From: an uncultured virus (IMG/VR IMGVR_UViG_3300044635_001663)
Lineage: Duplodnaviria > Heunggongvirae > Uroviricota > Caudoviricetes
IMG/VR virus record: IMGVR_UViG_3300044635_001663
Coordinates: 1 to 64,000 of that record
Direction: 5' to 3' (one strand)
DNA: 64,000 nucleotides
Part shown: one piece after another, positions 45,098 to 56,273 of the stretch
Numbering within the stretch: position 1 is the stretch's first letter
How the letters are laid out: each line of letters opens with the position of its first letter
Program-made: the position numbers and the translations under genes
Notes under the pieces: model-generated
What the model was told of the DNA's origin: nothing
The model's input: the letters and a program-made list of their open reading frames with translations, nothing else
Databases searched by the model: none

Positions 45098-46085
45098 TAC
45101 AAAATGGGAAGGGATCTAAAAGAAGAATTAGTTTAGTTTCTCAAGAGACTTGGGATAAAAACTACGAAAGAATTTTTAGAAAGAAAAAAGATGGGAAATG
45201 TAACAAATCTAAAGGAAAATAAAACATTATTCATCCCTTGTTCTTGCAAGAGCGAAATTTTAGTGATCGAATATGATCATGAAATTCAATTGGCTGATTT
45301 GGCAATATTTGAACATTACACAAACTATAGTCATAAGATGTCATTATGGCAGAGATTAAGGTATTGTTTTAAGGTATTGTTTGAAAAAAAGCCATATGCC
45401 GATCAGATGGTGCTTGACAATAAACAGCTTAAAGATTTGCAAAAATTCCTAAATGGACTTAACCTGTAAGGTGTATAATATAGGGTTATCAAACTCATAT
45501 CAAGGAGGCTAATCATGGTTGTCAGAACAGCAACAGAGTACATGAACGATCAATTAGCTAATAGAGTTAAGTCTCTTCAGAAAGCTTTAAATCAAGCTGA
45601 AAAAATAATGAATACCCTTGAGAAAGAAAATCAAAGACTAAAAGACGTTCTTGCTAACCTAACGTCAGAAAATAATCAAGGTTATATACTCGATAGTGAG
45701 GCTTTTAATGAGCCAGTGCTTACAGTCTAAGAACAAGAACAAAAGAATAATAACACAAATTGGTGAGCATGAATATCTAATTGAGGGAGCAAGCGATTGG
45801 GCAAAATTTGGTTGTCAGTCAGATATTTCAATAATAACTTCAGCTAATTTAGACGGTGGCCCATTTTTATTGGTGGGTGATTCTTTTTTGGGTAAAGGCA
45901 AAATATCCTCAATACAAAATATTGACAGTGGGAGAGATGGGTATATAATAATTAAGGTTACTCTATACTCACCAAAGGAAAAATCATGATATCAGAACTT
46001 ATTCCAGTTGTAGGATATTATCAAGCAATGCTAATATCTGGTTATTCAGACTACCAGATTCAACAAATAATTAAGGGGTCTAGCC

Positions 46086-46271
46086 ATGAATCATTTCCAC
46101 AAAAGCAATAAGAATAGAGTTTTCTTTGGTGTTTGTGGAGGACTAGCAGAAAGTCTAGGATTAGATGTTTCTGTAGTAAGATTAGGCTTTGTTGCTGGTG
46201 CAATTTTTACCGGAAGTATTCTTTTCTGGGCATATTTACTCATGGCACTGGTTTTACCAACAGAGGATTAA
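46086..46271 (+). CDS. pspC: PspC domain protein
   Basis: RVFFGVCGGLAESLGLDVSVVRL..AYLLMALVLP. Confidence 0.85.
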   Translation: MNHFHKSNKNRVFFGVCGGLAESLGLDVSVVRLGFVAGAIFTGSILFWAYLLMALVLPTED

Positions 46272-46920
46272 TCTAACGGATAGCGTACACGTTCACAGGA
46301 AACTTCATCGTGAGGACGTTGTTTCTAGTAGTTTTACGCTTGATGTGAGCGTTGATAATAAAGTGAGTGGGCTACCGACTCCTTGAGGCTTTAAACACGT
46401 TCAACAGCAATTTCTTGCAAGAACGAAAAATTTTTCAAGGTCGCCCATTGACAACGCCGATAACAAGTTGTAGAATAAGGTAATCAATGCGAGGTAACAT
46501 CAGTCGAGTGACTGAGCTTCAAATTGAGACAGTTTGGTTTAAGATTTGGAGGTTGATTATGACTGAAGTTATTACTAGTGAGAAGCAGAGTCGTGTTCGT
46601 TGCTCTGACGATAAGTTTCTAGAGGCAGTTTTTTCTTCCAAGACTTATGCGGAGATTGCCGCTAAGACTGGACAGAAGATTGCCAGCACTATGGCTCGTT
46701 ATGCCCGTACTAAGGCAGGTCTTGCTAAGAAGGGTATTGATCTCCCAGCTATGGAAAGAGCAAAGCCTGTTAGGACAGTAGATAATCTTGAGGCTATGGC
46801 AGCGACAGTTCGTAGACTGAAGGAAAAGGCTCATAGTTGATTTAAATAATCATTACATTAATTACAATAGAGATCTACAAAAAGACATAAAAATCAATAT
46901 TGCTTAATGTAATGATTTAT

Positions 46921-46993
46921 GGGAGCGTAGTCCAAAGGCAGAGACAGTGGACTTAAAATCCATCCAGTGTGAGTTCGATTCTCACCGCTCCTA
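46921..46993 (+). tRNA. tRNA-Leu(TAA) with short variable loop
   Basis: GTGGA-CTTAAAA-TCCAT; A discriminator; no long variable arm. Confidence 0.8.
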
Positions 46994-47105
46994 CTGCATA
47001 CAATTTTGTATGTTGACAGTTGATACTGACCGGACTATGATACTCAGGTAACTGAGTCGAATGGATTTGACCTTTTATTTTTTTAAACACCAAGGAGATT
47101 TTAAG

Positions 47106-47324
47106 ATGAAAAATATTGTTCTGTTGCTAGTTATTGCTCTTTCGATTCCGGTAACATCTTTTGCTGGAGATTGCTCGTCAGGTAATTGTGCGGTTGTTCG
47201 CGGTCGAAAAGTTGTAACTGTTACAAAGAATATTGTTCGTGAGACAGTTGTTTTTCCAAGGAGAATTGTTTCCGCTTGTGCTAATGGTGTTTGTCGCACC
47301 CGTAATGTAACTGTTATCCGATAA
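47106..47324 (+). CDS. small secreted Cys-motif protein
   Basis: Signal peptide; CSSGNC and CANGVC motifs. Confidence 0.65.
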   Translation: MKNIVLLLVIALSIPVTSFAGDCSSGNCAVVRGRKVVTVTKNIVRETVVFPRRIVSACANGVCRTRNVTVIR

Positions 47325-47413
47325 TTTTTTTATGAAAGAAACCCCCGATGCCTCTTAATAATGCACACTTCGGGGGATCTTTTATCCCATCTATAACTTT
47401 CAAGGAGGAAATT

Positions 47414-47713
47414 ATGAAGAAGGTTTTTATTATTGGTCTATTCTTGATCTGTCCCGTAGTTGCTAATGCTCAAAATGTAAATAAAACATATACATATACA
47501 ACATCATCAGCACAAGGGGTTGCAAATATTCAGTCTCAAAGAAATTCTATGGGTCATTGTGGTGGAAATAGAGGCTATGAAGGGGTGGGTTTTTCTTCTA
47601 TTAGTGCGGATCATGCTATTAAAAATTGTTGTTATTGGGGACAAAAGACTCCAGTAGAAATTGGGGTTGCCAGAGGAGCTAGAGGATGGTATGCTTGTGT
47701 TAGATATCGCTAG
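47414..47713 (+). CDS. secreted CAP/SCP-like small protein
   Basis: Signal peptide; MGH..EGVG..CCYWG..GVARG..GWYAC. Confidence 0.55.
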   Translation: MKKVFIIGLFLICPVVANAQNVNKTYTYTTSSAQGVANIQSQRNSMGHCGGNRGYEGVGFSSISADHAIKNCCYWGQKTPVEIGVARGARGWYACVRYR

Positions 47714-48586
47714 AAATACAAAGGAGACATATGAGTAATATGAGTAAGAATACTATAGAATTATATAAGATTGGTAGCCAAGTAAAGTTGGCGGAAGATG
47801 TGTTTGGAACAATAGTTGGAATAAATATTGGTTCTAATAATACTGTTATTTATGAGTGTGGTTGGTGGAGTGGTCGTTCATATACCAAAGATCACTTTAA
47901 TCCTGATCAGATAGAATCAACAGTTGTGGATAAGGTTCGTATCGGATTTGCATGATAGAAGAACATGAAAACTGGGAAGATGGTATAAGAAGGACTTTTA
48001 TAGAACTGGCAACTTATATGGAAAAACACGCTAATCCTCTTGAAAGTATTATTGATTTTGCTTGGGCAAGTGGGGCTGATCTTTTCTTCGTTCAAAACGC
48101 TAAGGATGAACTTAAAAGGCTAAAGATGCAATCTTTAAAAGATTCTCTTGAAAGTCCTGTTGCTTGGGCTAGAACTAATGATCGTGGCGATTTGTTTGAC
48201 TTGAGAACTCAAAACAATCCCTATATTGATCAAAATACTGTAGTCCCTCTTTATAGGAAAAATCATGGGTAATACCTTATGTAATGGTAGAATTAAGAAC
48301 AACAACCCCAAGTCTCCTATAGAATATTTCTTACTTGTAACAGTAAGAGAGTATAGTGATTATGAGGGAGGTACTTATATAGATGAAGTCAGAACTGCCG
48401 CAGAATTCTTAGAAAAAGAAAAAGATGCTTATGACGATCCATTCTATCAGATATATGGATCAATAATATATGATCCAAATGGAGTACCAGGAACAGTTTT
48501 TCTTGGTGAGTTTTACTCTATAGATAAAGCAAAAACCTTTTTGTATCATCTTACGGGTGAAGTTCCCCAGATTATTTCTTACTAAT

Positions 48587-49105
48587 ATGATAAATTCTAA
48601 ATATCTAATTGATCTTTCTCTTGGGATGAATGATGGTGGTTATTGTGCTCTCTTTAAGATTAGAGATGAGCCGCTTTTGGGTTTCAAAGAATTTATATCA
48701 AAACCTAGAGCTAAATATTCTAGAAAAATTCAGTTAAAATTAAGCAGACTTAATCTAGCCCCAAGGATATATTCTGTAATATGTAGACTAAAATATCATG
48801 AATTATTTCCTAATCAGACAAGCGGCTGGGGGTATTTAACAGAGATAGCTAGACCAATAGATAAGAAAGGCATCGTCTCTCCTAAACGGATACAAGATTT
48901 AGTAGATGAGATATTTACTAAAACCCAATTAAAGTTTTGGGATTGTCATTTTTCTAATATAGGATTAGTTAATAGACAAGGGAAAAAGAAGTTGGTTTGT
49001 ATAGACACTGGAAAAGAAAGTTTTGATGGTTATGCAAATGCTTGGGGAAATCCAGACCCAGGCCCATTATGTTCATATTGTTTAGACTATTATTGTCATT
49101 GCTAG
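48587..49105 (+). CDS. small protein-kinase-like protein (paralog of 7427)
   Basis: FKEF, LAPRIY, GYLTEIA, DCHFSN, CIDTGKESF. Confidence 0.6.
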   Translation: MINSKYLIDLSLGMNDGGYCALFKIRDEPLLGFKEFISKPRAKYSRKIQLKLSRLNLAPRIYSVICRLKYHELFPNQTSGWGYLTEIARPIDKKGIVSPKRIQDLVDEIFTKTQLKFWDCHFSNIGLVNRQGKKKLVCIDTGKESFDGYANAWGNPDPGPLCSYCLDYYCHC

Positions 49106-50094
49106 GATTTAAAAATTATGCCATATATTAAAGAAGAAAACAGAACTAATTTAGATAGTTGTATTGACAGTATGGTGACTTGTTTAAAAACGAATATACC
49201 AAACTCCAATCCTCAAAATAGAAGTATTTCTAACCAAGAATTTTTACAAATTTGTGGAGATATTAACTATGTTTTTTCTCGTATTTTAGGCGGTATTATG
49301 GGAGAGGTTTCGTATTCTAAAATTGCTATGATTACTGGTGTATTAGAGAATATTAAGCAAGAATTTTATCGTCGAATAGCAACACCATACGAAGACTTAA
49401 AAATTATTGAAAATGGCGATATAAAGGAGTATAAAAACTAAACCCATAATACGGCAAATAATTCTTATGAATAAAGACTACAACGACATACTTAAAGAAA
49501 TTCATAAAATCTCTAAAACTGTAGACAGTTTAGATAATCGTATTAGTAAAGAATTACAAGACGTTAAGAAATATATTAAACAGATCAATAGCAAGATACT
49601 AACTGTCTTAGATAAGATTCAAGAATTTGAAATTATTATGGATGCTGCGGAAATTCTTGAGGATCATATACAAGAAGAAGAAGACAAATATAACACAGAG
49701 TGGAGTCCATACGACGATGATCATGAACCAGAGGATTACGAAGGATACGATAATGACATAGAGGAGGATGAAAGCTAGTGGCTAGTTTAGTTCTACTAGT
49801 AACAATAATTTTTTTCTCTGTGCTCATTATTGGGCCATTAAGTTATATCTTATCTTTATTTGATTGGATGCCAAAGATTGTTATATGGATAATGGGACTT
49901 CTCTGTATATTGGTTGGTGGTTTGACATTCACTTTGCCTGTGGTCTTTTTAAAAGTTATGGGTCTGATAGACATAGCCATCGGCTTTAAAATAATCTCAG
50001 ACAGACAACAAAAGAAAAGTGATGCTTGACAAGACGGTTTGCCGATGATATACTTGAGCCATCACAGGAACGATAACACTTTTGGAGAAATAAG

Positions 50095-52770
50095 ATGAAG
50101 TTGGCAGATAGGACGATTGAGACTCACAGCGTTGGCGTTGCAAGCAGGAATCAGTTTAATATTGCTCAGACGAGCAAAATGTTTAAAATCCTTTCAGACT
50201 CCCTTTATTCTGATAAGGTTATGGCTGCGATTCGTGAGCTTTCTACTAATGCTTATGATAGTCATATCTCTGCCGGGAATAAGAATCCCTTCAAGGTTAC
50301 TTTGCCCACTGCTGCTAATCCCACTTTTGTTGTGAGAGATTATGGTACTGGTCTTAGTCAGGAAGATATGGAGGACTTGTATACAACCTACGGAGCATCC
50401 AACAAGAATGATAGCAATGATTTTGTTGGTTGTCTTGGTCTAGGGTCTAAGAGTCCCTTCGCATATACCAAGAGTTTTACTACTGCATCATACTTCAACG
50501 GAAAGAAGTATACTTACATTGCAGCGATTGACGAGAGTGGTGTTCCTACTCTGAATCTTTTTAATACTTCTACTACATCTGAGCCTAATGGTCTTGAGAT
50601 TAGTTTTGCTGTTAAGCAGCATGACTTTCAAGAGTTTACTGATAAGGCTAAGAGAATCTTCCATTATTTTCGCATGAAACCCATCCTTGAAGGTGGTATC
50701 GGGAATAATCTGCAAGATCATAAGTACAGCAACACCAATATCATTATCAGTGGTGAAGGTTGGAGAGTTTGCCGTCTTAATAATGACAACAGTTATTTCC
50801 CCAGCAATTATCATCGAATTGATAGTGGTATCGTAGCTATCATGGGTAATATTGCCTATCCTGTTCAGACCGCACAGATTGTTGGTCAAGAAAAGGAAGA
50901 AATGCCCGATCATATTCAGAAGTGGAATAGAGCTTTCCAGAAAGCAGATATTGATTCTTGGAAGAGCTTTGTGGGAGAGATTCTTAATTCTGGCCTATAT
51001 CTTGAGCTTGATTTTGGTATCGGTGAACTGGAAATGGATGTTTCCCGTGAAGGTTTGCAGTATACTAAGGACGTAATTAAGACTCTGCGTAAAAAGACCC
51101 AAGAAATTTATATGGAGATGAAGGAAGAATTCTCCAAGAAAATTCAAGCGTCCAAGAACAAAGTAGAAGCAATTACTTCATATTATACTATGAATGAATT
51201 GGCTGGCGGCTGGGGTGTTGGTGCAACTTGGACTGATCCCAAGGGTAAAGATCATCCTATCAACTCTGGCAATGACTTGGAATATAAAATTCCTGCCGGT
51301 AAGAGTCTGTACGTTTTTAATTACAAGACTGCTGGCTATCGTTCTCGTCGCCAAGTTGCTCTGACAGATAGAATCCATCACGAAACTCTTACTGGTAAAG
51401 GTTCCTATTATTGGAATAACCAGAAGAAAAAGGGTACAATGGCTTTCTTTGTGTGCGACGTTGCTAGTGAAGAAAGTGCCAAGAAAATTCTCACAAGATA
51501 TTGCAATGCTAACGATTGCTTTGCTTATCTGATGATCGACACTAAGGATCATACAAAAAGCAATGAAGGTTTTGATCAACTGATCGAAGATGTTGGGGCT
51601 GAAAATTTGCTCAAGGTTTCAGACTATAAGCATCTGACACAAAGTTCTGGCCCAAGAAAGTCTTACAATAGAAATTCTAACGGTAGTGTCAGCGACCAAG
51701 ACGTATTCTTTATTCACGGCTATGATAAGGATAGTAAGCAGATTACTAATCCTTATAATGATGCTACGCATCTAAGAATTCTTTCAGAAGAACAACTAGA
51801 AAACTTTCTGGAACAAGATGAGATTATTTATGTTCCCATGTTGAGGTATGGAACTGAACCTGAGTCTGGTTGTCCAGAAATCAATAGTATTAGTAGAACT
51901 CTTCAAGAGGATACGTTAAAGAGCATAGTCAAGGACTTGATTGGCAATAGTAAGATTTATGCTATCAAAACAGCTTTCGTTAAAAAGCTTGAGAAAGATA
52001 ACTACAATCTTATTAACTTCAATGTTTTTCTGAAGCGTCAACTCAAAGTTGTAGCACAAAAACACTTTAAGAATCTTGCTTCTATTAACAAGCTTGTTGA
52101 ATATTGCAAGAAGGATTACGCAGAAGAGGAGAGGAGTACCGGAGGATACAGATATTATCAACACGGAACAACAGATAAGCAGTTTATGTTTCATATTCTG
52201 AATATCTTTGGTCTGGATTATGATAAGTTTATTAATAACAAAACTCTTGTGGATTGCTTGAATAAGACCATGCTCACAGAGTTCTTTGCTAATACTGTTC
52301 ATGTGAGTCCTTTTAATATTCCAAGGTTTAATCAAACAGAATATCTTTCCCATATCTCTAAGCTTATGAAAGAGGTTGGTATTGATAATGTTGATGGCAA
52401 GGAGATTCGTAATGCTAATTTGGCCTACAACACCTTGACAAAAATGATTGTTAATTACTTGTATGCTGGTGATAGTAAGTCAGATGCTTATCTAAAGATT
52501 ATCCGTGGAACTTCTACGGAAGATTTGAAGAGATGGAGAATCTCTGAGATTAGGGAAAAGATTAAAACTGAGGTAGACAAGAATCCTATGCTCAAGGTTA
52601 TTATGGGAAATCATCAAGTCTCTGGTAATCTGGTAGACCTTAAATCTAATCAGAATCCTATTATTGAAGATCGCTCATATTATGGAAAGCAGAGCAGGGA
52701 TTGGGTTGAGCAGATGAGTCAGGAGAATATTGACCTATTTAAGATTCAGTTGAGTAGTTTGATCAAGTAG
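50095..52770 (+). CDS. rIIA: rIIA-like protein (N-terminal GHKL ATPase)
   Basis: LYSDK..IRELSTNAYDSH, RDYGTGL, GLGSKSPFAY, SRE-L-Y; adjacent to rIIB-like gene. Confidence 0.85.
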   Translation: MKLADRTIETHSVGVASRNQFNIAQTSKMFKILSDSLYSDKVMAAIRELSTNAYDSHISAGNKNPFKVTLPTAANPTFVVRDYGTGLSQEDMEDLYTTYGASNKNDSNDFVGCLGLGSKSPFAYTKSFTTASYFNGKKYTYIAAIDESGVPTLNLFNTSTTSEPNGLEISFAVKQHDFQEFTDKAKRIFHYFRMKPILEGGIGNNLQDHKYSNTNIIISGEGWRVCRLNNDNSYFPSNYHRIDSGIVAIMGNIAYPVQTAQIVGQEKEEMPDHIQKWNRAFQKADIDSWKSFVGEILNSGLYLELDFGIGELEMDVSREGLQYTKDVIKTLRKKTQEIYMEMKEEFSKKIQASKNKVEAITSYYTMNELAGGWGVGATWTDPKGKDHPINSGNDLEYKIPAGKSLYVFNYKTAGYRSRRQVALTDRIHHETLTGKGSYYWNNQKKKGTMAFFVCDVASEESAKKILTRYCNANDCFAYLMIDTKDHTKSNEGFDQLIEDVGAENLLKVSDYKHLTQSSGPRKSYNRNSNGSVSDQDVFFIHGYDKDSKQITNPYNDATHLRILSEEQLENFLEQDEIIYVPMLRYGTEPESGCPEINSISRTLQEDTLKSIVKDLIGNSKIYAIKTAFVKKLEKDNYNLINFNVFLKRQLKVVAQKHFKNLASINKLVEYCKKDYAEEERSTGGYRYYQHGTTDKQFMFHILNIFGLDYDKFINNKTLVDCLNKTMLTEFFANTVHVSPFNIPRFNQTEYLSHISKLMKEVGIDNVDGKEIRNANLAYNTLTKMIVNYLYAGDSKSDAYLKIIRGTSTEDLKRWRISEIREKIKTEVDKNPMLKVIMGNHQVSGNLVDLKSNQNPIIEDRSYYGKQSRDWVEQMSQENIDLFKIQLSSLIK

Positions 52771-52866
52771 TCAGAAATTTCTCAAGACCCCTTGACAAGC
52801 TTGTCGATTAGTGTAAAATGACAGTATCACAGGTATCGTAACTACAAAGTATTAGGAGTTTGGATT

Positions 52867-53736
52867 ATGGCTGTTCCGTTTATGTTTGTGGATGGTAATT
52901 TGACGCTGGTTCTTAATAACCAGAGTTATCAGGTTTTGCCGGATCATATCAACTATAAGTTGATTCTGGAAAGACTTCCTACTGCTACGGCAGAGGAACT
53001 GTTGGAAGTTGTTGATATTCAAAAGGCTGTTGCTACTTTTAGTGATGGTCTTGTAGAGATCAAGAATGGACAGGTTCTCTACGAGGGTGAGGAAGTTCAT
53101 GGTAGTATTAGTAAGCGTATTCTGGAGTTTATGAGCAAGGGATTGCCGTTTCAGCCCCTTGTTAATTTCCTGAATAATCTCATGGAAAATCCAAGTATGC
53201 AGAGTCAGAAGGAACTGTATGATTTCTTGGAGCATGAGCATCTGCCTATCACTGAGGATGGTTTCTTCCTCGCTTATAAGGCTGTTCGTTCAGACTTTAA
53301 GGATAAGTATAGGGGAGTTTTTGATAACAGGGTTGGTCAGGTCTGCCAAATGCAACGAGCAAAGGTAGACGATGATCGTGGTCGTGGTTGTTCTAATGGG
53401 CTTCATGCTGGAGCATTGAATTATGTTGCTGGTTATGGTAGTCTTGAGGCTGGCGACCGCATTGTGATCGTCAAGATTAATCCCAAGGATGTTGTCAGTG
53501 TCCCTAGTGATTGCAACTATGAAAAGCTTCGCACTTGTCGCTACGAAGTAGTTGGTGAGTATGAGGGCGAATTGCTCAAGCCTCTTTACAAGGCTGATTT
53601 TAGTCAGGATGATTACGAGGACGATGAGGAAGATTATCTGAATGATTATGACGAGAGTTATTGGGATCAGTTTGACGAAGAAGATGATGACGAGGATGAG
53701 GATGAAGATTATGACGATGAGGATGATCAGTATTGA
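52867..53736 (+). CDS. rIIB: rIIB-like protein with acidic tail
   Basis: NPS..ELYDFL..ITEDG.FLAYKAV, CSNGLH, VKINPKDVVSVP.D..KLRTCRYEV. Confidence 0.88.
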   Translation: MAVPFMFVDGNLTLVLNNQSYQVLPDHINYKLILERLPTATAEELLEVVDIQKAVATFSDGLVEIKNGQVLYEGEEVHGSISKRILEFMSKGLPFQPLVNFLNNLMENPSMQSQKELYDFLEHEHLPITEDGFFLAYKAVRSDFKDKYRGVFDNRVGQVCQMQRAKVDDDRGRGCSNGLHAGALNYVAGYGSLEAGDRIVIVKINPKDVVSVPSDCNYEKLRTCRYEVVGEYEGELLKPLYKADFSQDDYEDDEEDYLNDYDESYWDQFDEEDDDEDEDEDYDDEDDQY

Positions 53737-53748
53737 TTCTTGATAGTC

Positions 53749-53832
53749 AAGGTGGTGTTTGGTAACTTGTAAGATAGCACCTATATAGTTTCTGCTATCG
53801 TACAATAACGGTTCGATTCCGTTACCATCTTT
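53749..53832 (+). ncRNA. tRNA-like RNA lacking a normal D-stem and anticodon arm
   Basis: AAGGTGG/CCATCTT acceptor-like stem; T-arm AACGG-TTCGATT-CCGTT; long central hairpin. Confidence 0.5.
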
Positions 53833-53909
53833 TAAGATATTGCTTTTGACGGTAGTGTTTACTGTCCCAATATCAAAATTGTAGGTAGGAAGTGGAAAAA
53901 GGAAAACAA

Positions 53910-55049
53910 ATGTTTAGTGATACTTTGGCTTTTAATCCGTTCGATAAGACTCATAGTGCTATTGGAACAAGAGATCAGATTACTTTGCGAAATAAGTTTT
54001 TTGATTCTTTTGGTGGTCAGCAGATTTTCTGCTACAATGGTGATCCTCGTAAGAAGATCAGTAGTATGAATCATACAGATCATCTTACCACTGTTGCTAT
54101 TGCCAACGATAGTCAAGGTGCTGATGCTTACTTCTATGTTAATGGTGGACGTAAGCAGTATGCTATTAGTAGAATTCGTGCTTGTTTTGTTGATATGGAC
54201 GCTGGGCGAGATGATCAAGGTCGTTATTTTAAGCCTAGTATTGTCATGCAAAAGAAAAAGGAATTCTTGAACCAGATTAATAACTTTCCAGTAAAGCCAA
54301 GTTGGGTTGTTGATACTCGTAATGGTTATCAGTGCTATTGGATTCTCAACCAAAACAATATTAATCCTCACAAGACTTATTGGAATGGTATTCAAAAGAA
54401 GCTTGTAAATCACTTTGGTGGTGATGCCCGAGCTATAAAAATCAATCAGATTTATAGAATCCCTTATACTTGGTGGAGGAAGGGTTGGGAAGGAAAGCAA
54501 CCTTATTTTACCAGTATTCTGTCGGGATCAACTGGTAATCCGGTAAATATTGAACAGCTTAAAGAAGCTCTTGATGGAGTGTCTGCTGTTGTTAATATTG
54601 TTGCAAATAAGACTAGCGACGAATGGTTTAAAGAATATGCCAAGGCTTATAAAAGGTCTGATATTACTGGAGTTCCAGTAGCAGTTAATATTGCCACAAA
54701 TATTGCAAATCAGATGAAGTCTTTAAGTCTTGAAACATATACTAACAGTACTGATAATATCAAGCCTGTTTATGGTCATCCTTTCTGTGGGGGTTTTCAG
54801 AAGGCTTATGGTGATCCTACTCCAGTATCCCCTGTAACGCAGGACGATACGGACACTCTTGAGTCTCTTCCTATTGACGCTGGGGGCGAAGATTTAGATC
54901 TTGACGGTTCCCAGACCAAGCTTTTAAAAACGGTCGTGGAGTTCCTTAATCAAGTCTCAACGCCTCTCTACTTTAGCAATAACAGATTCTTGTCTAATGC
55001 TGCTAAAGACCTAGCCTCACAAATCAGTGACAAGTTTTGTATAGGATAA
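53910..55049 (+). CDS. RepB-type DNA primase-like protein
   Basis: ACFVDMD, PSWVVDTRNGYQCYW, GGD, RIP motifs. Confidence 0.65.
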   Translation: MFSDTLAFNPFDKTHSAIGTRDQITLRNKFFDSFGGQQIFCYNGDPRKKISSMNHTDHLTTVAIANDSQGADAYFYVNGGRKQYAISRIRACFVDMDAGRDDQGRYFKPSIVMQKKKEFLNQINNFPVKPSWVVDTRNGYQCYWILNQNNINPHKTYWNGIQKKLVNHFGGDARAIKINQIYRIPYTWWRKGWEGKQPYFTSILSGSTGNPVNIEQLKEALDGVSAVVNIVANKTSDEWFKEYAKAYKRSDITGVPVAVNIATNIANQMKSLSLETYTNSTDNIKPVYGHPFCGGFQKAYGDPTPVSPVTQDDTDTLESLPIDAGGEDLDLDGSQTKLLKTVVEFLNQVSTPLYFSNNRFLSNAAKDLASQISDKFCIG

Positions 55050-55868
55050 TACTATGCATGAAGATTATAGCTATAATGATGACGATGAACATGATTATGA
55101 CGATGTACCAAAAAACTATAAATATTACTTTAAGTTTGATCCAGCAGCGTGGGATGTTTGGGGAAAATGGCTATACGATGCGTTAAACGAAATAGTTGAT
55201 TCTTCGCCAAACACATGGTATACTATGCCGGATGTGTACGGTTTTCCATACAAATCGGTTCCTGTGAATAGTTACTTCTCCAATACTGGTAAGGGTGATA
55301 CCTTCCAGTATTTGGGGAATAACTATCAGGGTCAACCTATATGGAAAAATAAATACTTTGTATCAGATCCTGTTAATATGATATATAGAAAACATATAGA
55401 AAGTCATCCAGTATACTTTTTACAACAACCTCACTATTACAAAGGATTGTTCGATATACTGAACTAAATTTATGCAAAAAGATGAATGGTATATCATAGA
55501 TGATTTAAAAAAGTTTATAGAGTCAACCAGAGTATTAGTTTTTGATATTTTTGGAAATACAAATCAACAAGATATAGACGAATTATCTCTTTTACTATCA
55601 GACTTATCTGAAGAAGAAAAGCAAGAAATAGACACAGTATTGAGTCAACAAGAATGTGAGGTGTTAGCTAAAGATTTTATTACGACAGAAGTTAATAAGA
55701 AAACAAAAAAATATAGATACATATTATCTAACAAGAAATATATGGAGATGATAGAATGTTTTAATAGTAGAATGATTAGCAATATGCTAAATACATTAGT
55801 AAATAAAGGCTTATTGGAAACAGCTTATGATAACGAATCGAACGACTTTATATTTTGGGTAAAAAATA

Positions 55869-56273
55869 ATGAAACATCGCAAGAAAAACCTGAAACCGAT
55901 TGATTATGATGTACACTTTATATATGAATGTACAGAATGTCAAATTAAACACTGGCTTTCATTAAAAGAAAGTCAAACTCCAAATTTTAAAATTGTGTGT
56001 GATTGTGGGAGTATTTACAAACCCAAACCTATTGAGGGTATAAAAATCATCTATGTACAGCTACAAAATAAACACCCCACACAGAAAGTATCCTCTAAGA
56101 AGAGTATTCCTACGAACTTAAAAACAAATGCTGTTCATATACTATCTCAATACGGTTTCTCAGAATCAGAAGCGATATCTCTGATAGAAAAAAGTTTTGA
56201 AGAAACACAGGAAATTGATTGCGTCAAACTTATTAAACATTGTTTATCTAACTTTGGAAGTGCTGCTATATGA
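55869..56273 (+). CDS. Zn-ribbon protein with RuvA domain III-like C-terminus
   Basis: CTEC..CDCG; AVHILSQYGFSESEA..LIKHCL; overlaps the ruvB start. Confidence 0.55.
   Translation: MKHRKKNLKPIDYDVHFIYECTECQIKHWLSLKESQTPNFKIVCDCGSIYKPKPIEGIKIIYVQLQNKHPTQKVSSKKSIPTNLKTNAVHILSQYGFSESEAISLIEKSFEETQEIDCVKLIKHCLSNFGSAAI

Noticed and set aside
46272..46420. Possible ncRNA or minus-strand gene after pspC
   Set aside because: No convincing long stems or uninterrupted ORF found by eye.
53600..53736. GAT/GAC/GAG tandem repeat as a DNA element
   Set aside because: It encodes the acidic tail of rIIB.
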